Origin: Geosiphon pyriformis uo1
Lineage: Eukaryota; Fungi; Glomeromycota
Assembly (NCBI GenBank): GCA_016748015.1
Contig: JAAOMT010000439.1
Span: 455,527 to 519,526, forward strand
Direction of reading: 5' to 3'
DNA: 64,000 nucleotides
In this document: in pieces, positions 1 through 13,856 of the stretch
Layout of the letters: each line of letters opens with the position of its first letter
How positions within the stretch are numbered: position 1 is the first letter of the stretch
The notes under the pieces: model-generated
Databases searched by the model: none
What the model saw: only the letters and a program-made list of their open reading frames with translations
What the model was told of the DNA's origin: nothing
Position numbers and translations under genes: made by a program

Positions 1-3000
1 ATTCAATATATTCTGCTTCCTTCATTTGGCGAACATCTTCTTTGGTAGCTCCATTAATTAATGCCATTGCTAAGTCGAAAATTATTTTGGCATCATGGGA
101 GTAGTGATAAAGTTTGTTGAGAGCACTGTTGTATGCTGCATTAAAGAGTGTTCCTCTTTTTACTTTTTCTGAAATTGATAAAGCATATTGGCAGGTCTGA
201 TTGCAGACTTCTTCTCTCATGGCTACATCAATCCAATTGCATTCTTCTGGTAGCATATCTCCACAAGTCAAACAAGGGGTGTTGTTCTATTTTCCGCTCT
301 TTTTTATTAGATGACCCCATCATTCTCTGTGGCAAGCCTTGCAGTAATAACAAGTATGATTTTCATATTTTTCTTCAGGTGAAATGCAGGCTCCCATTGA
401 CAATAGTTTCTTGTGGCAGTCCTTACATTTAAGGGGAATATAGGGGCGTTGTTTCCTTGGTTCAGGTTTTGAGTAAGGGATATTCCATTCAGTGGTTTCA
501 GGTTCAGAGTGTGGGGTAAAATGTTCTTGTTCTGTTTCATCAGCCCAGTTGGACGTTGATCCAAGAGCCATGAATGTTTCAATGAGGGGTTTTTTCTCTT
601 CCAGTTCAAATTCAAAAGCTGGGGCTTTTTCAGAGCATTTGTTGAATGTACCACAAGTGGCAGGTACCCGAGCTTGTTGTCCTTGGTAGGAGATTGTTAA
701 TTCTTGTGTTTCCCAATTCAGATTAGTATTGGCTTTTTGAAGCCAATCATTTCTGACAAGAGCTTGGTACTGGGGTGTGTCCATTACAAGAACTTTGACT
801 GAAATGGTGATTCCATCAAGAGTGAACAGAAAATTGTCAATTTCTCCTACTGGGGTCTTTTTCATGCCATCAGCAGTGACGATTACTGTTTGAGCTGGTC
901 AGTCGACATTTCTTTTCAACTGTTGTATTAACTGGTAGGTGATAATGCTTCTGGTGGATCCACTGTCTAGGATCAAGCAAATTGTCTTTCCTTCGACTTT
1001 AGTTTTAGTGTACATGGCTGTAATTGCTTTTTGTTCATTGGCAGCTGCATTACTAAGCAGAAATGGTGACTTATTTGCTTTGAACTCAAAAGAGAATATA
1101 TCTGAAAGGTTAGCGTTTTCAGCAATTCTGGCTGGTGGGATTGTGGTGGGAGTATAGGAAGAGTTTTGTTGTTGTTGTGCTACAGCTCTACCTTCCGAAG
1201 GTGCAGTATGGTGAAAATTCTGTTCTTCTGGCATTGTTAAATAACTGGATTGAGTATGGTAGTGGTTGGGTCTTGGGTGAGTGAAATTTCGGGGAGCTAA
1301 TTGGTTGTTCGAACCGATTCTATTATTGTTTACTTGGTATTGGTTTTGTGGAGTGAGTTGATTTTGTGTAATCAGTCTTCGAGCAGGTACTGGATAATGT
1401 TGTGTAGGTGGTTGCTGGTATTGTTGTTGGATTGGCTGTGAAGTGGGCTGATAATAGTTATTTTGGTATTGGAGTCTTGGTGGATAGTAAGCTGGTGGTG
1501 GCAGTTGATAATAAGATTGCTGTAGTGGAGGGTAACGTTGATTACTTCTATTTTGTTGGTCTCATTGTAGCTTTCTGCAATCTCTTTTCCAGTGGCCAGA
1601 GATTCCACAGTAATGGCAATTCTGAGACTGGTTATTAAAAAGTGGTGCAAAATTATTTTGATTTCGTCTTTGGAGTGGTTGATATCTTTGAAGTTGCTGT
1701 TGTTGTTGATTGGTAAAATAGTTTTCAACCTTCTTTGTGAGTTGGTCAATTTTTTCCTTAGCTGCTGAGCTGGTTTCTCCAATTGCCAAATTTATAAGTT
1801 TTGTGCGATTGGCCTCTTCCATGGCCATTTTGTATTTTTTTGCATGCTGTATGGCAGAGTTTAAATCTTCTGGTGCATGTGGGCGAATCTTTTTAATTAG
1901 TTTATCTTTTAGACCAACAATAAATTGATCCAAGATTTGAGCATCAGAATAATAATCATTTGTTTCGAGTTGGCGAATTTGTCTGAGAAGTTTGTTGAAT
2001 TTCCCAATATAAGTCATAACAGATTCGGAGGGTTTTTGTTTAATATTTCGAAAACAATTACGAAGGGTAATAGAAGTATTATTGTCGGTGAACTGTTCAA
2101 AGAAGGCTGCTTTGAAAGCATTCCAATCATTGAATAGGGCAGCCAAGTTTTCAAACCATTCTCCTGCTGTTCTTTTGAGAAAGTAGAGAATTGTTTTTAA
2201 TATTCTGGCAGCATTCCATCCATTTGCATCTTCAGCTTTAGTAACTTGGTCAAGCCATTCTTGGGGACTGGTTTCAATATCTTCTCTATTGAATTCAGGG
2301 ATTTTTGCGATGTATGTTGTCATTTCGTCTTCTTCTTTTTCACTGTTTATTAATTCTTCTTCAGTTATTTCAGAGTTGTTTTCTTCGTTTGCTGCTGTCT
2401 CAGAGTGTTCACTTTGATTTTCAGCTAGAAAATCAAGGATATTGGAACTAGTTTGAAGGGGTTCTTGTTGTCTAATGGGACTTCTGAGTGCTGTAAAATT
2501 TTTTGGTCTTGCAAATCGATTCAAGAGTGAATTAGGCATTTGTGCTTGTGCAAGTGAAGCTGGAAAAGGTGTGATAGTAAGTGGAAGTTTTGAACTGGTT
2601 CCTTGTTCAGGTGTTTGTAAATGATTGGCAGTTGTTTTTGGTAGTGTTGGAGTATTTGGGGTGGTTCTTGAGTATTGCTTCAATTTGTTTTTGCCTTTGT
2701 TGTTTGTTTCTGTTTCTGATTCAAAATCAATAGTGTATTGAGACTGCACTGGATATGTTTCTTCACAGTATTTGATAATGTTAAAATTAAGTTTGTGAAA
2801 GTAAGTGGCAAGTGTTTCACTGTTAAGGTCTTCAGTTCCCAACTGTGAATAGTGTGCTAAATTATTGTAAAGGTTGCTTCTAACTTCTGAGATATTGTAA
2901 TTTCCAAAAAGATAATTGTTGATGTGGTTTTCAATGTATTGGTATACTGATTTCTTGACAACTTCAATTCCGTCTGGAATGTTGAATCTTTGCTTGTAGT

Positions 3001-3055
3001 GGATGTAAATTGACTGGTAATACTCTAGAGTTGTTGTATCTGGTGTGGTCACTAC
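1..3055 (-). pseudogene. gag: Copy A ORF1 (Gag-CCHC-aspartic protease-Cys-rich domain), interrupted by stops
   Basis: ORFs 1562-3052, 899-1234 and 320-865 are in one frame, separated by CGA>TGA-type stops; motifs IAKIPEF, CHYCGISGHWKRDC, LILDSGS, CKDC/CKAC. Confidence 0.9.
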
Positions 3056-3100
3056 TTTGAAGTTGTTTTTGCTGTGGTGTTTCCGTGGGAGAGCACCAAA

Positions 3101-4031
3101 TATTACCGAAGGTTTTTGGTCTCTTTTTTTGAATGTTGTAAATGTTGATTTGCTGTGAATTCACGTTTTCTAAAATAGTTGAACCTCCAATAACTGAATT
3201 TATCTTCAAATTATCTTCTATAATTTGAACTGCTGGGCTTATAAGTAGAATGGCCAATTTTTTGCCAGTTACTTTATGTAGTTACGTTGTAGTAAACATC
3301 AACTCTTTCCCAGGAATTGCTCGTCTGAAAGCTCACTAAAATGTATAGTTACTTTGCTGTGAAAGTCAACTCTTCTACAGGAATCTTGTCTGTAGGCTAC
3401 CCTAATGCTTATAATAAGAAAAGAAAAGAAAAATAAAAGAAATGTAAAAGAAATAGAATTTTGTTAAGAGAAACATTTTCTATCCAGGTCTGGAGTCACT
3501 AACAGATTATTGAAATTGGTAGCTAATCAATTTTAAAACTTTTAGTTGGGTTTTGAGGATTTTCCAAGTGCAATAATTAAAGAATTTGGTTTTTTGAATT
3601 ATTTGATATTTATTTCTTTTTGTGTGTGTAGAAATGGTTCTAAGTGATAAATCTAAAGCAAGATACATTTTCTCGAAGAGAGAAGCTCTTCTTTTATACA
3701 ACTTGTCGTAACACTATTTTATGAACTTAAACTTTGCTATTTTCTACAATTTCACTGAACTAAAGATACATTTTGGTGAACTACAAGTTATTTCTGCAAA
3801 CTATTAGATATTTCGGTGAACTATCAATTATTTTGGTGAATTTCTATAAATTTCGGCAAACTTTTGAATGTTACATAGTTCGGGGTATTGCATGATTGAT
3901 CATCACAATTAGGTTACATTTGTGTTGTATACAATTTGGGTTATTAATTAAATGATAATATATGCTAATTAATGATAGGAATTATAAGATAGTTTCATGC
4001 TAAATGATATCTCTAATTTCATTTGGTAACA
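3101..4031 (-). repeat. 5' LTR of copy A
   Basis: Termini tattac (decayed tgttac) and ggtaaca; aligns with the LTRs of B, C, E, F; adjacent to the PBS. Confidence 0.92.
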
Positions 4032-5564
4032 ACATTTTAGATGAATAGCATTGCCAATTTTAATTCTTGGAATATGTCTTTGACAATGCTTTTTTGAATG
4101 TTATGCACCTGATTGTGATAGAAGATTTTCTTGGTGTGGTTTCAGATTTGTCTGATAATAAAGCTGCTGGCCTTTCTGGTATTACAAATGAACTATAGAA
4201 ACATTGTAACAAGTTTGTTCTGGATTCACTTTTGGTGCTTTTGAATTTTTGTTTAATTTGTGGATCTGTTCTGGGTTCTTGAAAAGAGGCCTGGGTATCT
4301 ATAATTCCTAAACCCTATAACTGGAAGGGGGTTCTTACAAACACCCAACTCATAGCACTAATTGAAACTGCCTGTAAGATTCTTTCTAAGATCCTCTCTG
4401 ATAGGATCTCCATGGCATGTAGTAAGTATGACATTCTTCATGGTAACAACTTTTCAGTTTTTAAAGGTACAACAATGCAGTCTCTTATTTTTGTTATTGG
4501 TTTGGTGGTTGAAGATGTTTTGGAAAAGAATTGTGAACTTTGGTTAGTTTTGCAAGACATGAAGAAAGCATATAACTCAATTGGTTGGGAACATTTGAGA
4601 AGAAGTTTGGTCAAAATCAAAATGTGCAATAGATTTATAAGATTTTTTGGGAGTATTCACGATGGTTGCATGAACAGAATGATGACTGATTTTGGGCTAA
4701 CTGATGAGTATAGTGTTCATAATGGCTTAGATCAGGGAGAAGTGTTCTCATCTCTCCTTTGGTGTATTTTTTATGACACTTTGCTGTGCAAGGTAAAAAG
4801 ACAAGAGACAGTATATGGTTATAGACTAAATTTGTATTATGTTGTCAAGTCTGGTCGCATTGATTCTCAAGATAGTTTGACCTCTTTTCTTGCTGTGGGT
4901 GCATTTGTTGATAAGTTGGTTCTAGTCAGGCGGCTACACAATACATTCTCAATGTTGCCAGTGAATTTTTCAGGATGAATGATATCTCGATTAACAACAA
5001 CAAAACTGTAGTAATCCCAATTAATTGCAGAGTGATGGCTCCTTTTTTATCTGTCTGTGGTGCTCCTATTTCCATCACCAAAAAAAGAACATCTCACTGA
5101 TATCTGGGAATTTTTTTTTCCTCTGATGGATTATCTAAGTCTAGCCTGGCTAAAGCACATTTGAATATATAGTTTTTTGCCAATTTTGTTCTAAGAAAAG
5201 CTATTTCGAATAAACAGTTCTCTTATTTGGTTTTGGCTGTTCTTCATTCTATCATTGGTTATAGGATTCAGTTTAGCTTCATTTCTGTTAGTGTGTGCTG
5301 AAAGTGGAATGTTTTAATTCGGAAGGGCCTGAAATTGAAATTGGGTCTGCCTCTGGACTTTCCTAATAATGTTTTGCACTATTCTTTATTTTATAGCTTA
5401 AAGACTTTTGAGCAGATCCAAGCCAAAGACAAGATTGCTGCTGTGGTGTGTTTCACCAACTCTGTTGGGGTTTTGGGCCAATTGTTCAAGCATAGGTTGC
5501 ATAACTTACAAGTCATAAGTTGGTGTTCAGTGTATTCCTTGTGCTCCCCTGTTTGCATTAGTGT
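4032..5564 (+). pseudogene. LINE (non-LTR retrotransposon) ORF2 fragment 1: reverse transcriptase
   Basis: LINE RT motifs LQDMKKAYNSI, NGLDQGEVFSSLLW and AFVD(D); the second Asp is lost to a small deletion near 4912. Reading continues across insertion B at TSD gtgt. Confidence 0.88.
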
Positions 5565-6543
5565 TGTTACTGGAGGTTTTTGGTCTCTTCTTAGCTCTTG
5601 TATATTTGTTGTAATGCTGTTAATTCATGACTATGGGAAGTGTCTGAACCTCCGATAACTGAATTTTATCTTCAAATTATCTCTTATAATTTGAACTGCT
5701 GGGCTTATAAGTGGAATGGCCAATTCCATGCCAGTTGCTTTATGTAGTTACATTGTGGTAAATGTCAACTTTTTTCCAGGTAATGCTCATCTGGAAGCTT
5801 ACTAAAATGTGTAGTTACTTTACTGTGAAAGTCAACTCTTCTACAAGAATTCTTGTCTGTAGACTACTCAAATAATTTATAATAAGAAAAGAAAGAGAAT
5901 AAAAGAAATGTAAAGGAAAAATAAAACTGATGATTTATGGAAGTCGTTTTGAATCCAGGTCTGGAAGTGTTTTAACAGTTTACTGAAATTAGTAACTAGT
6001 CAAACTGTTTAGTAGGAATTGGTTAATTTCAAGGGAAATAATTAAGAATTTGATTTTTCGAATTATTTGATATTTATTTCATTTCTGTGTGTAAAGAATA
6101 ATTCTAATTGATAAATCTGAGGTAAGATATATTTTCTCAAAAAGAGAAGCTCTTCTTTTATACAATTTGTTGTAACACTATTCTATGAACTCGAACTTTG
6201 CTATTTTCTACAATTTTGTTGAACTAAAGATACATTTTGGTAAACTACAAATTATTTCTGTGAACTATTAGATATTTCAGTGAACTATCAATTATTTTGG
6301 CAAATTTCTACAAATTTTGGTGAACTTTTTGAATGTTACATAGTTTGGAGTATTGCATGATTGATCATCGCAATTAGGTTAGATTTGTGTTATATACAAA
6401 TTGGGTTATTAATTAAATGATAATTTTGAACATTTTGCTAATATAATAAGTAATAATTTGAAATGATAATATATGCTAATTGATGATAGGAATTATAAAG
6501 ATAATTTTATGCTAAATAATATCTCTAATTTCGTCTAGTAACA
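5565..6543 (-). repeat. 3' LTR of copy B
   Basis: tgttac...agtaaca; PPT at about 6544-6560; homologous to 13857-14387. Confidence 0.92.
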
Positions 6544-7232
6544 TAATCTCCTCCTCAAAACTGAACTCTGTCGAAGTCCAAGTACTGTCTGTAATTTTCA
6601 GATAGTAATCCAAAATTATTGAAAAAATTTGGTCTGAAAATTGTTGAAATTTCAGTTCTGTGAGCTTTTCAATGTATTGAATCTTCAAAGGTTGTAAAAT
6701 TGGGTTTTGTAGGATACTTTTACAGGTGTGAAATAGGTCATAAAGTCTAAGAGCAGCTCTTAGTTTATAGTGACTGTTTGTAGATCCAGCTGTTGTTTTG
6801 AATTTATTGTGAAGTTGTTTCTGAATAGCTTCTTTTGTAAGATTTGCTGCTATAAGCTCCCGTTTTCATTCGTGAAGTGTTTTTCCAATGTAGAAATATC
6901 TATATATTGGAGTATAGTTGTGGTTTTCTTTATTAAGACACAGTTGAAGTTTTTGTTAAATAGTAGCATTTGGTGGAATACTAATAAGAATGAACATTAA
7001 ATTTTCTTTTAAAGCAAGCTTCAAAAGTTCTGGTAAATGAATTCCAGAATAACTTCTTGTATTCTTTCTATAAGAGTAATACTTTCGTGAATTTGGGATT
7101 AGATTTGTAACTACTTCTGTTTGAGTATAATTAATATGTTTTCCAGTGATAGTAATGGATAATTCAAGTATTGTTTTTAAAGCTAACATTAATTTTTGAG
7201 ATAACTGTTGAATATTTTGAGAGATAGTTATT
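6505..7232 (-). pseudogene. Copy B ORF3 (accessory protein of unknown function)
   Basis: MLALKTILELSITITG... and ...LRAALRLYDLFHTCK...YIEKLTELKFQQF, homologous to ORF3 of C, E, F; frameshifted. Confidence 0.8.
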
Positions 7233-7388
7233 ATAATAAAATTGGAAAAATAAAATTGAAATTATTTTTGGTATGTGGGTTTTTATGTTATTTTTTTTTT
7301 TGTTTTTCAGCATACTTTGTTTTGTTTTTTGTTTTTTTTTGTAATATTTTTTTTCTAAATTATAAGAGAATAACTATAGTAATTGAAA

Positions 7389-8775
7389 TTAAGTGTTCAA
7401 GTTGGGGGGTTGTTCAATAACAACTATTGGTTCTAAGTTTCGGAGAATATCTTTGGAATTGATTAAAAAAGAATGTGTACCAATTTGTGGAATTAATGGT
7501 TTAGAATTGTTTCTAGAATTATAGTGTTTCAAATGATCTCCATGTGCAACTTTTGCTAGGATTTTGTTATCAAGTCTTAGCTTGTATAATCCATTGCCTA
7601 GAACTTCATGGATAAAGAATGGCCCATCCCATTTATTTTCGAATTTTTCACTCCATTGTTTTTCAGCTTTAGTTCTGTGTAAGAAAACTTTGTTTCCAAC
7701 TTTAAATTCATTGGTGACTGGAGGCAATTTGTTGTTATGTCATTTTTTTTGTTGAGCTTGGAAGTGTTCAATATGAGTGACTGCTATTTGTCGTTTTCTT
7801 TCCAACATGCTAAGCAGAGTATAGGCTCTTTGTTGAAGTGTTTCCTGGAAATTGTTTTTATCAATTGGTTGTGCTGGGTATGTTTCTACTGTGAAACTAA
7901 TTGGTAATGTTGCTGTCCTTCTATAAGTTAAATCAAATGGTGTGTGTTTTGTGGTATTTTGTTTTAGTGTTCTGGATGCTAGTAACATTGATAGAATAAA
8001 GATATTCCATTCTTGCTCAAAATTGGTTAAGACTTTGGCTAATAACTCACACAATGTTCTGTTAAAACGTTCTACAAGTTTGTTTGTCTGTGAATGGTAG
8101 GACAAAGACAAAGGTCTTTTGACATTAAATTGTTCACAGATTTCTTGAATTAGATTGTTCATGAAATGTGTTCTTTGATCAGATAAAAGTTCGATTGGGC
8201 ATCCATGTCTACAGATAATGTCTTTATAAATGAAATTTGCTACTAATTTTGCATCTGTTTATTGAATGGCTCTGGCTTCGGGCCATTTAGTAAGATAGTC
8301 TACAGCTACTGCAATATAATGGTTTTCTTGGTTTGTGATAGATAGTGGTCTGACTAAATTAATACCAACTTAGTCAAAAGACTGTCCAACTTTGATTGAG
8401 TTTAAAAGGTTCTATAGAGCGAGTTTCTTCTTTTTTTTGACAACTATTACAAAATTTAACATATTCATAAATGTCTTTTTTTATTCAAGGCCAAAAGTAA
8501 TATTTTAGTGTTCTCTGGGTGGTGCTGTCTTTTCCTAGATGTGCTGATAAAGAATCCGAGTGCATGTTGTATAAAATAGTTTCTTTTTTATGTTCTTGTA
8601 TTAATTTGAGCAAACTGTTTGGGTTTTTAAAGTTTTGATAATAAATAATATTGTTGTGTAAGAAGTATTATTTGGCTTGTTGTTGTAACTAACGTTTTTC
8701 ATCTGGGGACCAATCTGTTGGGATTGTTAATGTCTCCAGATATTGTTTAAGATTGTTGTAGTTTTTGGGTTTCAT
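7389..8775 (-). pseudogene. Copy B integrase ORF (HHCC, DDE, GPF)
   Basis: ATG at 8775; LVERFNRTL, KWDGPFFIHEV, C-terminal LEPIVVIEQ; several stops. Confidence 0.9.
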
Positions 8776-8824
8776 TGTTTGTTGTTTTGTTGCTGTTAAT
8801 TTAAATGGGTGTTGGTTTTGTTTT

Positions 8825-11800
8825 CTAATCTTGTCTCATTCTTGAGAGACAATCAACATTGGTGTGGAGTTTTCCTGGTTTGTGGTGTACAATATATTGG
8901 TAGTTGGCTAAAAATTCTGTCCATCAGGTTTGTTTTGTGTTCAGTTGGGTGTTTTTGTTCTGAAGCCATTTGAGTCCAATATTATCAGTGATAATATCGA
9001 ATTCTTTAGGCCTGAGATAAAGGTTGAAGTGGTGTAAGGCCCAAATTATGGCTGCTGTTTCTAGTTCTGTGGCAGGATAGTTTTTCTCGGCTGGTTTTAA
9101 TGTTCTGCTAGCATAAGCGATTACTCGCTCATTTCCATTGTCATTTAATTGTGATAAAATGGCACCAAAGACAGTGTAAGAAGTGTCTGTAGCTAGTCGA
9201 AATCGGTTATTGAAGTCTGAGTAGGCTAGAATTGGAGCTGTTGTCAGCTTTTTCTTGAGAATTTCAAAAGCTTTTTGGTGTTCTTCCGCCCATTTGTATT
9301 CGACATTTTTAGTAGTCAGCTGGTTGAGGGATTTTGCAATTTCTAAGAATTTTTTGATGAATTTTTGGTAATAGGAAGCTAATCCAATAAATTCTCTCAA
9401 TTCTGTGGTATTTTGTGGAGTCTTGAAGTTCTTGACAGTGCTGATTTTTCTGGGGTCTGGTTTAATTCCATCTTTGCTTACAATGTGGCCAAGAAAGGCC
9501 AAACTTGTTTTTCCAAAGTAGCATTTTTCGATGTTTAGTTTCAATTCTGCTTTTCATAATCGTTGAAAAACTTCTTGCAGGTGTTTTAAGTGTAATTCAA
9601 AAGATGATAAATAAACATCAGTATTATCGAGATAGACAACTACTGATTTCCAAAGGAGACCTTTGTAAACAACATCTATGAGTCTTTAGAATGTTGTTGG
9701 TGCATTGCATAATCCGAAAGACATTATGTTGAACTCATAATTTCCTCCTTGAGTGGTAAATGCTATTTTGGGACAATTTTTGGGATCCATGGCAACTTGC
9801 CAGTATTCACTCTCTAAATCTAATGTCGAGAAGTATTTGGATTTCCTAAGGGCATCTAACATGTCATCGATTTGGAAAAGAGGGTAGGCATCTCCAATGG
9901 TGATGCTGTTAAGTTGTCGATAATCAACACAAAATCATATCTTTCCATTTTTTTTTTAACTAGGACCACAGGTGAAGCCCATGAACTCATCAATGGTTAA
10001 ATAAGCCTATTGTTAAGCATTCATTGCACTTCTTCTTGGATAAATTGGTGACTTTCTGGAGCAACTCGGTAGGCTTGTTGTTGCCTTGGTTTGGCATCTC
10101 CTATATAGATTTGGTGTTGAACTAAATCGGTTCTTCCTAAGTCATTGTTGTTTTTGGCAAAGATATCGGCAAATTCTGCAATTAGCTCTTTGAGCTGGTT
10201 TTGTTGTTGTGGTTTAAGTTGTCCCATGTTGATTTGAGATAGTTTTTCTATGACAACATGATAGTTTTCAAAACTGGGATTTGGGTTGATTTTTAGTAGT
10301 AAATGTTCAATGATTTCTGAAAAATTGGGAACTGTCTGGAGTAATTCTTGTTAAAAGATATTACTGTGAATAACTCCAATTTCTATGTTATTTAATAAAA
10401 CTATGAGGTAACTGTTGGGATTGTAAAAAGTAACTCAGACTTTTTTTGTTCTTTCTGGAATGTAAATATTTGGGATCAAGATATTATGTTCTGAGCAGAT
10501 TTGTTTGTTGAACTCAAAAATTTGTTGTGTGGTTATTAACTTTGGGCAGGTGTAGATTTCTGGATGTTCTCCAAAGGGTGAAATAGTAATTGGTTGTAGA
10601 AGTCATAGAATCTGGTAAGCTTCATTTTGTTCGTTAAGAGTTATGTTTATTGAAACTGTGAATTGTCCAGTTGAACCAAAACCTTTGGTTCCTCTTTTAC
10701 TCTTTTCCAATTGTTCTCTTTGACTGACTAATTGTAAACCCGAAATGTTGATTAAGGGTAAATAAATAGCTTGAGCAATTTTTTCGGCATGTTCAATCTG
10801 AAAAGGTTTATTGGTTTCATTTTGTAACATGATTATAATGTCTCCTGTATATTCTGCATCTATGATTCCTCCTCTAACATTAATTCCTTTGCTCGCCAAT
10901 GATGATTGTGAAGCAATTTGGATCATTGTTCTTGGTGGGATTTCAAGAGCAATTTTGAGGTTAATTTTTGTGAGTGATTTAGGTTTGAGAGTAAGGATAT
11001 CTTTTCCTGGATATCTTAGATTGTATCCAGCATTAATTTCATGGGTTTTTTCAGGCTTTATTCCTTGTTCATTGTTGTTGAAGTATTTGAGTTGTGAAGC
11101 AGGCTGATTTTTGATGAAATAGATGGGTGTGGCTTCTATTTCTTCTGTTGCTTTAAATTCTTCAAATTCAATTTCATATTCATCACTTTCACTGGGCAAG
11201 AGAATGCTAAGAGCATAGCATTCAAGACACCATTATTTATCACAAGAAATTATGTATTCTTCACATAATTTAATGTTCATTTGCTCTAGCCATTGAGCTT
11301 GAGCTTCTTTGGTCAGGTAGGTGTGACTGGCAATTTGGTGATATACTTTTACTTCATCTTTGTAGTTGTATCCAATGATTTCAAAGGTGTATGTAATGTA
11401 TTCTGATTCTTTTATTTGATGAACATTTTCTTGAGTGGCTCTGTTAATTAATGCCATTGCTAAGTCAAAAATTATCTCAGTATTATGGGGGTAGTAATAA
11501 AGTTTGTTAAGAGCACTGTTGTATGCCGCATCAAAGAGTGTTCCTCTTTTAACTTTTTCTGAAATTAATAAAGCATATTGGTAGGTCTGATTGCAGACTT
11601 CTCCTTTCATTGCTACATCAATCTAATTGCATTCTTCTGGTAGCATATCTCCACAAGTCAAACAAGGGATGTTGTTCTATTTTCTGCTTCTTTTTATTAG
11701 ATGGCCCCATTGTTCTCTGTGGCAAGCCTTGCAGTAATAACAAGTATGATTTTCATATTCTTCTTTAGGTGAAATGCAGGCTCTTATTAATAAAAGTTTC

Positions 11801-13856
11801 TTGTGGCAATCTTTGTATTTAAAGGAAATGTAAGGGTGTTGTTTCCTTGGTTCAGACTTTGAATAAGAGATATTCCATTCAGGAGTTTCAGGTTTAGAGT
11901 GTGGAGTAAAATGTTCTTGTTCAGTTTCATTGGCCCAATTGGACATTGATCCAAGAGCCATAAATGTTTCAATTATTGGTTTTTCTTCTTCTGGTTCGAA
12001 TTCAAAAGCCGGGGCTTTTTCAGAGTGTTTGTTGAATGTACCACAAATGGCAGGTACTCAGGCATGTTGTCCTTGATAAGAGATTTGTAGTTCTTGGGTT
12101 TTCCAGTCTAATTTTGCATTGGCTTTTTGAAACCAGTCATTTCTGACAAGGGCTTGATACTGAGGAGCATCCATTACAAGAACTTTGACTGAAATGGTGA
12201 TTCCATTAAAAGTGAATGGAAAATTGTCAATTTCTCCTACTGGAGTCTTTTTCATGTCATTGGCAGTAACAATAATTGTCTGAGCTGGTTGGTTAACATT
12301 TTTTTTTAACTGTTGTATCAACTGATAAGTAATAATACTTCCAGCGGATCTACTGTTTAGGATTAAGCAAATTGTTTTTCCTTTAACTTTAGCTTCAGTA
12401 TACATAGCTGTGATTGCTTTCTGTTCATTTGCACCAGTATTGCTGAGTAGAAATGGTGATTTATTGGCTTTGAACTCGAAAGGAAAGATATTAGAGAGAT
12501 TGGCGTTTTCAGCAATTCTGGCTGGTAGAATAGTGGTGTGGTTATAAGAAGGATTTTGTTGTTGTGCTGCAGCTCTACCTTCCAAGAGTGCAATATGGTG
12601 AAAATCCTGTTCTTCTGGCATTGTTAAATAACTGGGTTGAGTGTAATAGTGGTTGAGTCTTGGTTGAGCAGAATTTTGGAGAACCAATTGGTTGTTTGAA
12701 CTGATTCTATTGTTGTTTACTTGGTATCAGTTTTGTGGTGTGAATTGATTTTGTGTAATCAATTTTCGAGCAGGTACTTGATAATGTTTTGTGGGTGGTT
12801 GTTGGTATTGCTGTTGGATTGGCTGTGGGGCAGACTAATAATAGTTATTTTGGTATTGGGGTCTTGTTGGATAGTAAGCTGATGATGGTGGTTGATAATA
12901 AGATTGCTGTGATGGAAGATAACATTAATTATTCCTCTGTTGTTGGTTTCATTGCAATTTTCTACAATTGCATTTCCAGTGTCCTGAAATTCCACAATAA
13001 TGACAATTTTGGATTTGGTTGTTGGGTGGTTGTCCAAAGTTGTTTTGAATGCGTCATTGTGGAGGTTGATATCTTTGTGGTTGTTGTAATTGCTGTGGCT
13101 ACTGTTGTTGCTGCTGGTTGGTGAAGTAGTTTTCAACTTTTTTGGTTAATTGGTCAATCTTTTCTTCAGCTGCTGAGCTGGTTTCTCCAATAGCCAGGTT
13201 AACAAGTTTGGTATGGTTGGCTTCTTCCATGGTCATTTCATAGTTTTTTGCCTGTTGAATAGCAGTGGCTAAATCTTTTGGTGCATGTGGGTGAACTTTC
13301 TTGATGAGTTTGTCTTTTAGTCCAGCAATGAATTGATCCAAAATTTGTGCATTGGAGTAGTATTCATTGGTTTCCAATTGGCAAATTCTTTTAAGCAGTT
13401 TGTTGAATTTCCCAAGATAGGTTATAACTGATTTACTTGGTTCTTGCTTGATATTTCGGAACCAATTTCGAAGGGTAATGGAAGTGTTATTGTCAGTGAA
13501 CTGTTCTAGAAAAGCAGTTTTGAATGTTTCCCAGTGTTCTGATAAGACTTCCATGTTTTCAAACCATTTATCAGCCATTCCTTATAAGAAGTATGGAATT
13601 GCTTTTAACATTCTGGCAGTGTTTCAACCATTTGCATCTCCTGCTTTTGAGACTTTGTCAAGCCATTCTTGAGGACTGGTTTCACTGTCTTCTCCTGTGA
13701 ACTCAGGGATTTTTGCAATATATATGGAGGCCATTTCTTCTTTGTTTTTTGAGTCTTCTGTTTCTTGTTCTGATTTAGTTTCTTCACTTTCTAAGCTTTC
13801 TGAATGATTAGTTTTATTTTTCTGTAGGTAATCAAAAAGGTTGGTGCTAGTTGATA
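8825..13856 (-). pseudogene. pol: Copy B ORF1 (Gag C-half, PR, Cys-rich domain, dUTPase, RT, RNase H)
   Basis: ORFs 13099-13578 (capsid), 12058-12687 (PR), 10603-11199 (dUTPase, RGTKGFGSTG), 8924-9544 (RT/RH, IAYASR, ELE); ends SRMRQD-TAG at 8825-8827. Confidence 0.9.

Larger units (their letters stand above)
1..4031 (-). mobile_element. Ty3/Gypsy LTR retrotransposon copy A (5' part only; runs off window start)
   Basis: 5' LTR 3101-4031, PBS-like tggtgctctcccacgg (revcomp 3083-3098), gag ORF 1562-3052 with CHYCGISGHWKRDC knuckle, protease LILDSGS, Cys-rich domain; homologous to B, C, E, F. Followed by acat and LINE sequence. Confidence 0.93.

Noticed and set aside
1408-1638. Hydrophobic V/I/G-rich antisense ORFs (also 12789, 22430, 30401, 40356, 57606) resembling membrane proteins
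   Set aside because: They are reverse-strand shadows of the CAA/CCA/AAC-rich Gag tract.
1372-1782. Recurrent alternative-frame ORF MEKPAQQ... (also 30257, 12759, 40344) as an overlapping gene or gag-pol frameshift product
   Set aside because: The A/C-rich sequence lacks stops by composition, the starts are TTG, and Gag, PR and dUTPase already share one frame.
3507-3701. Small ORFs within LTRs (MYKRRASLF..., 13791-14009, 25926-26150, 50910-51119)
   Set aside because: Short, often non-ATG starts overlapping the TATA box or repeat arrays, with no consistent length between copies.
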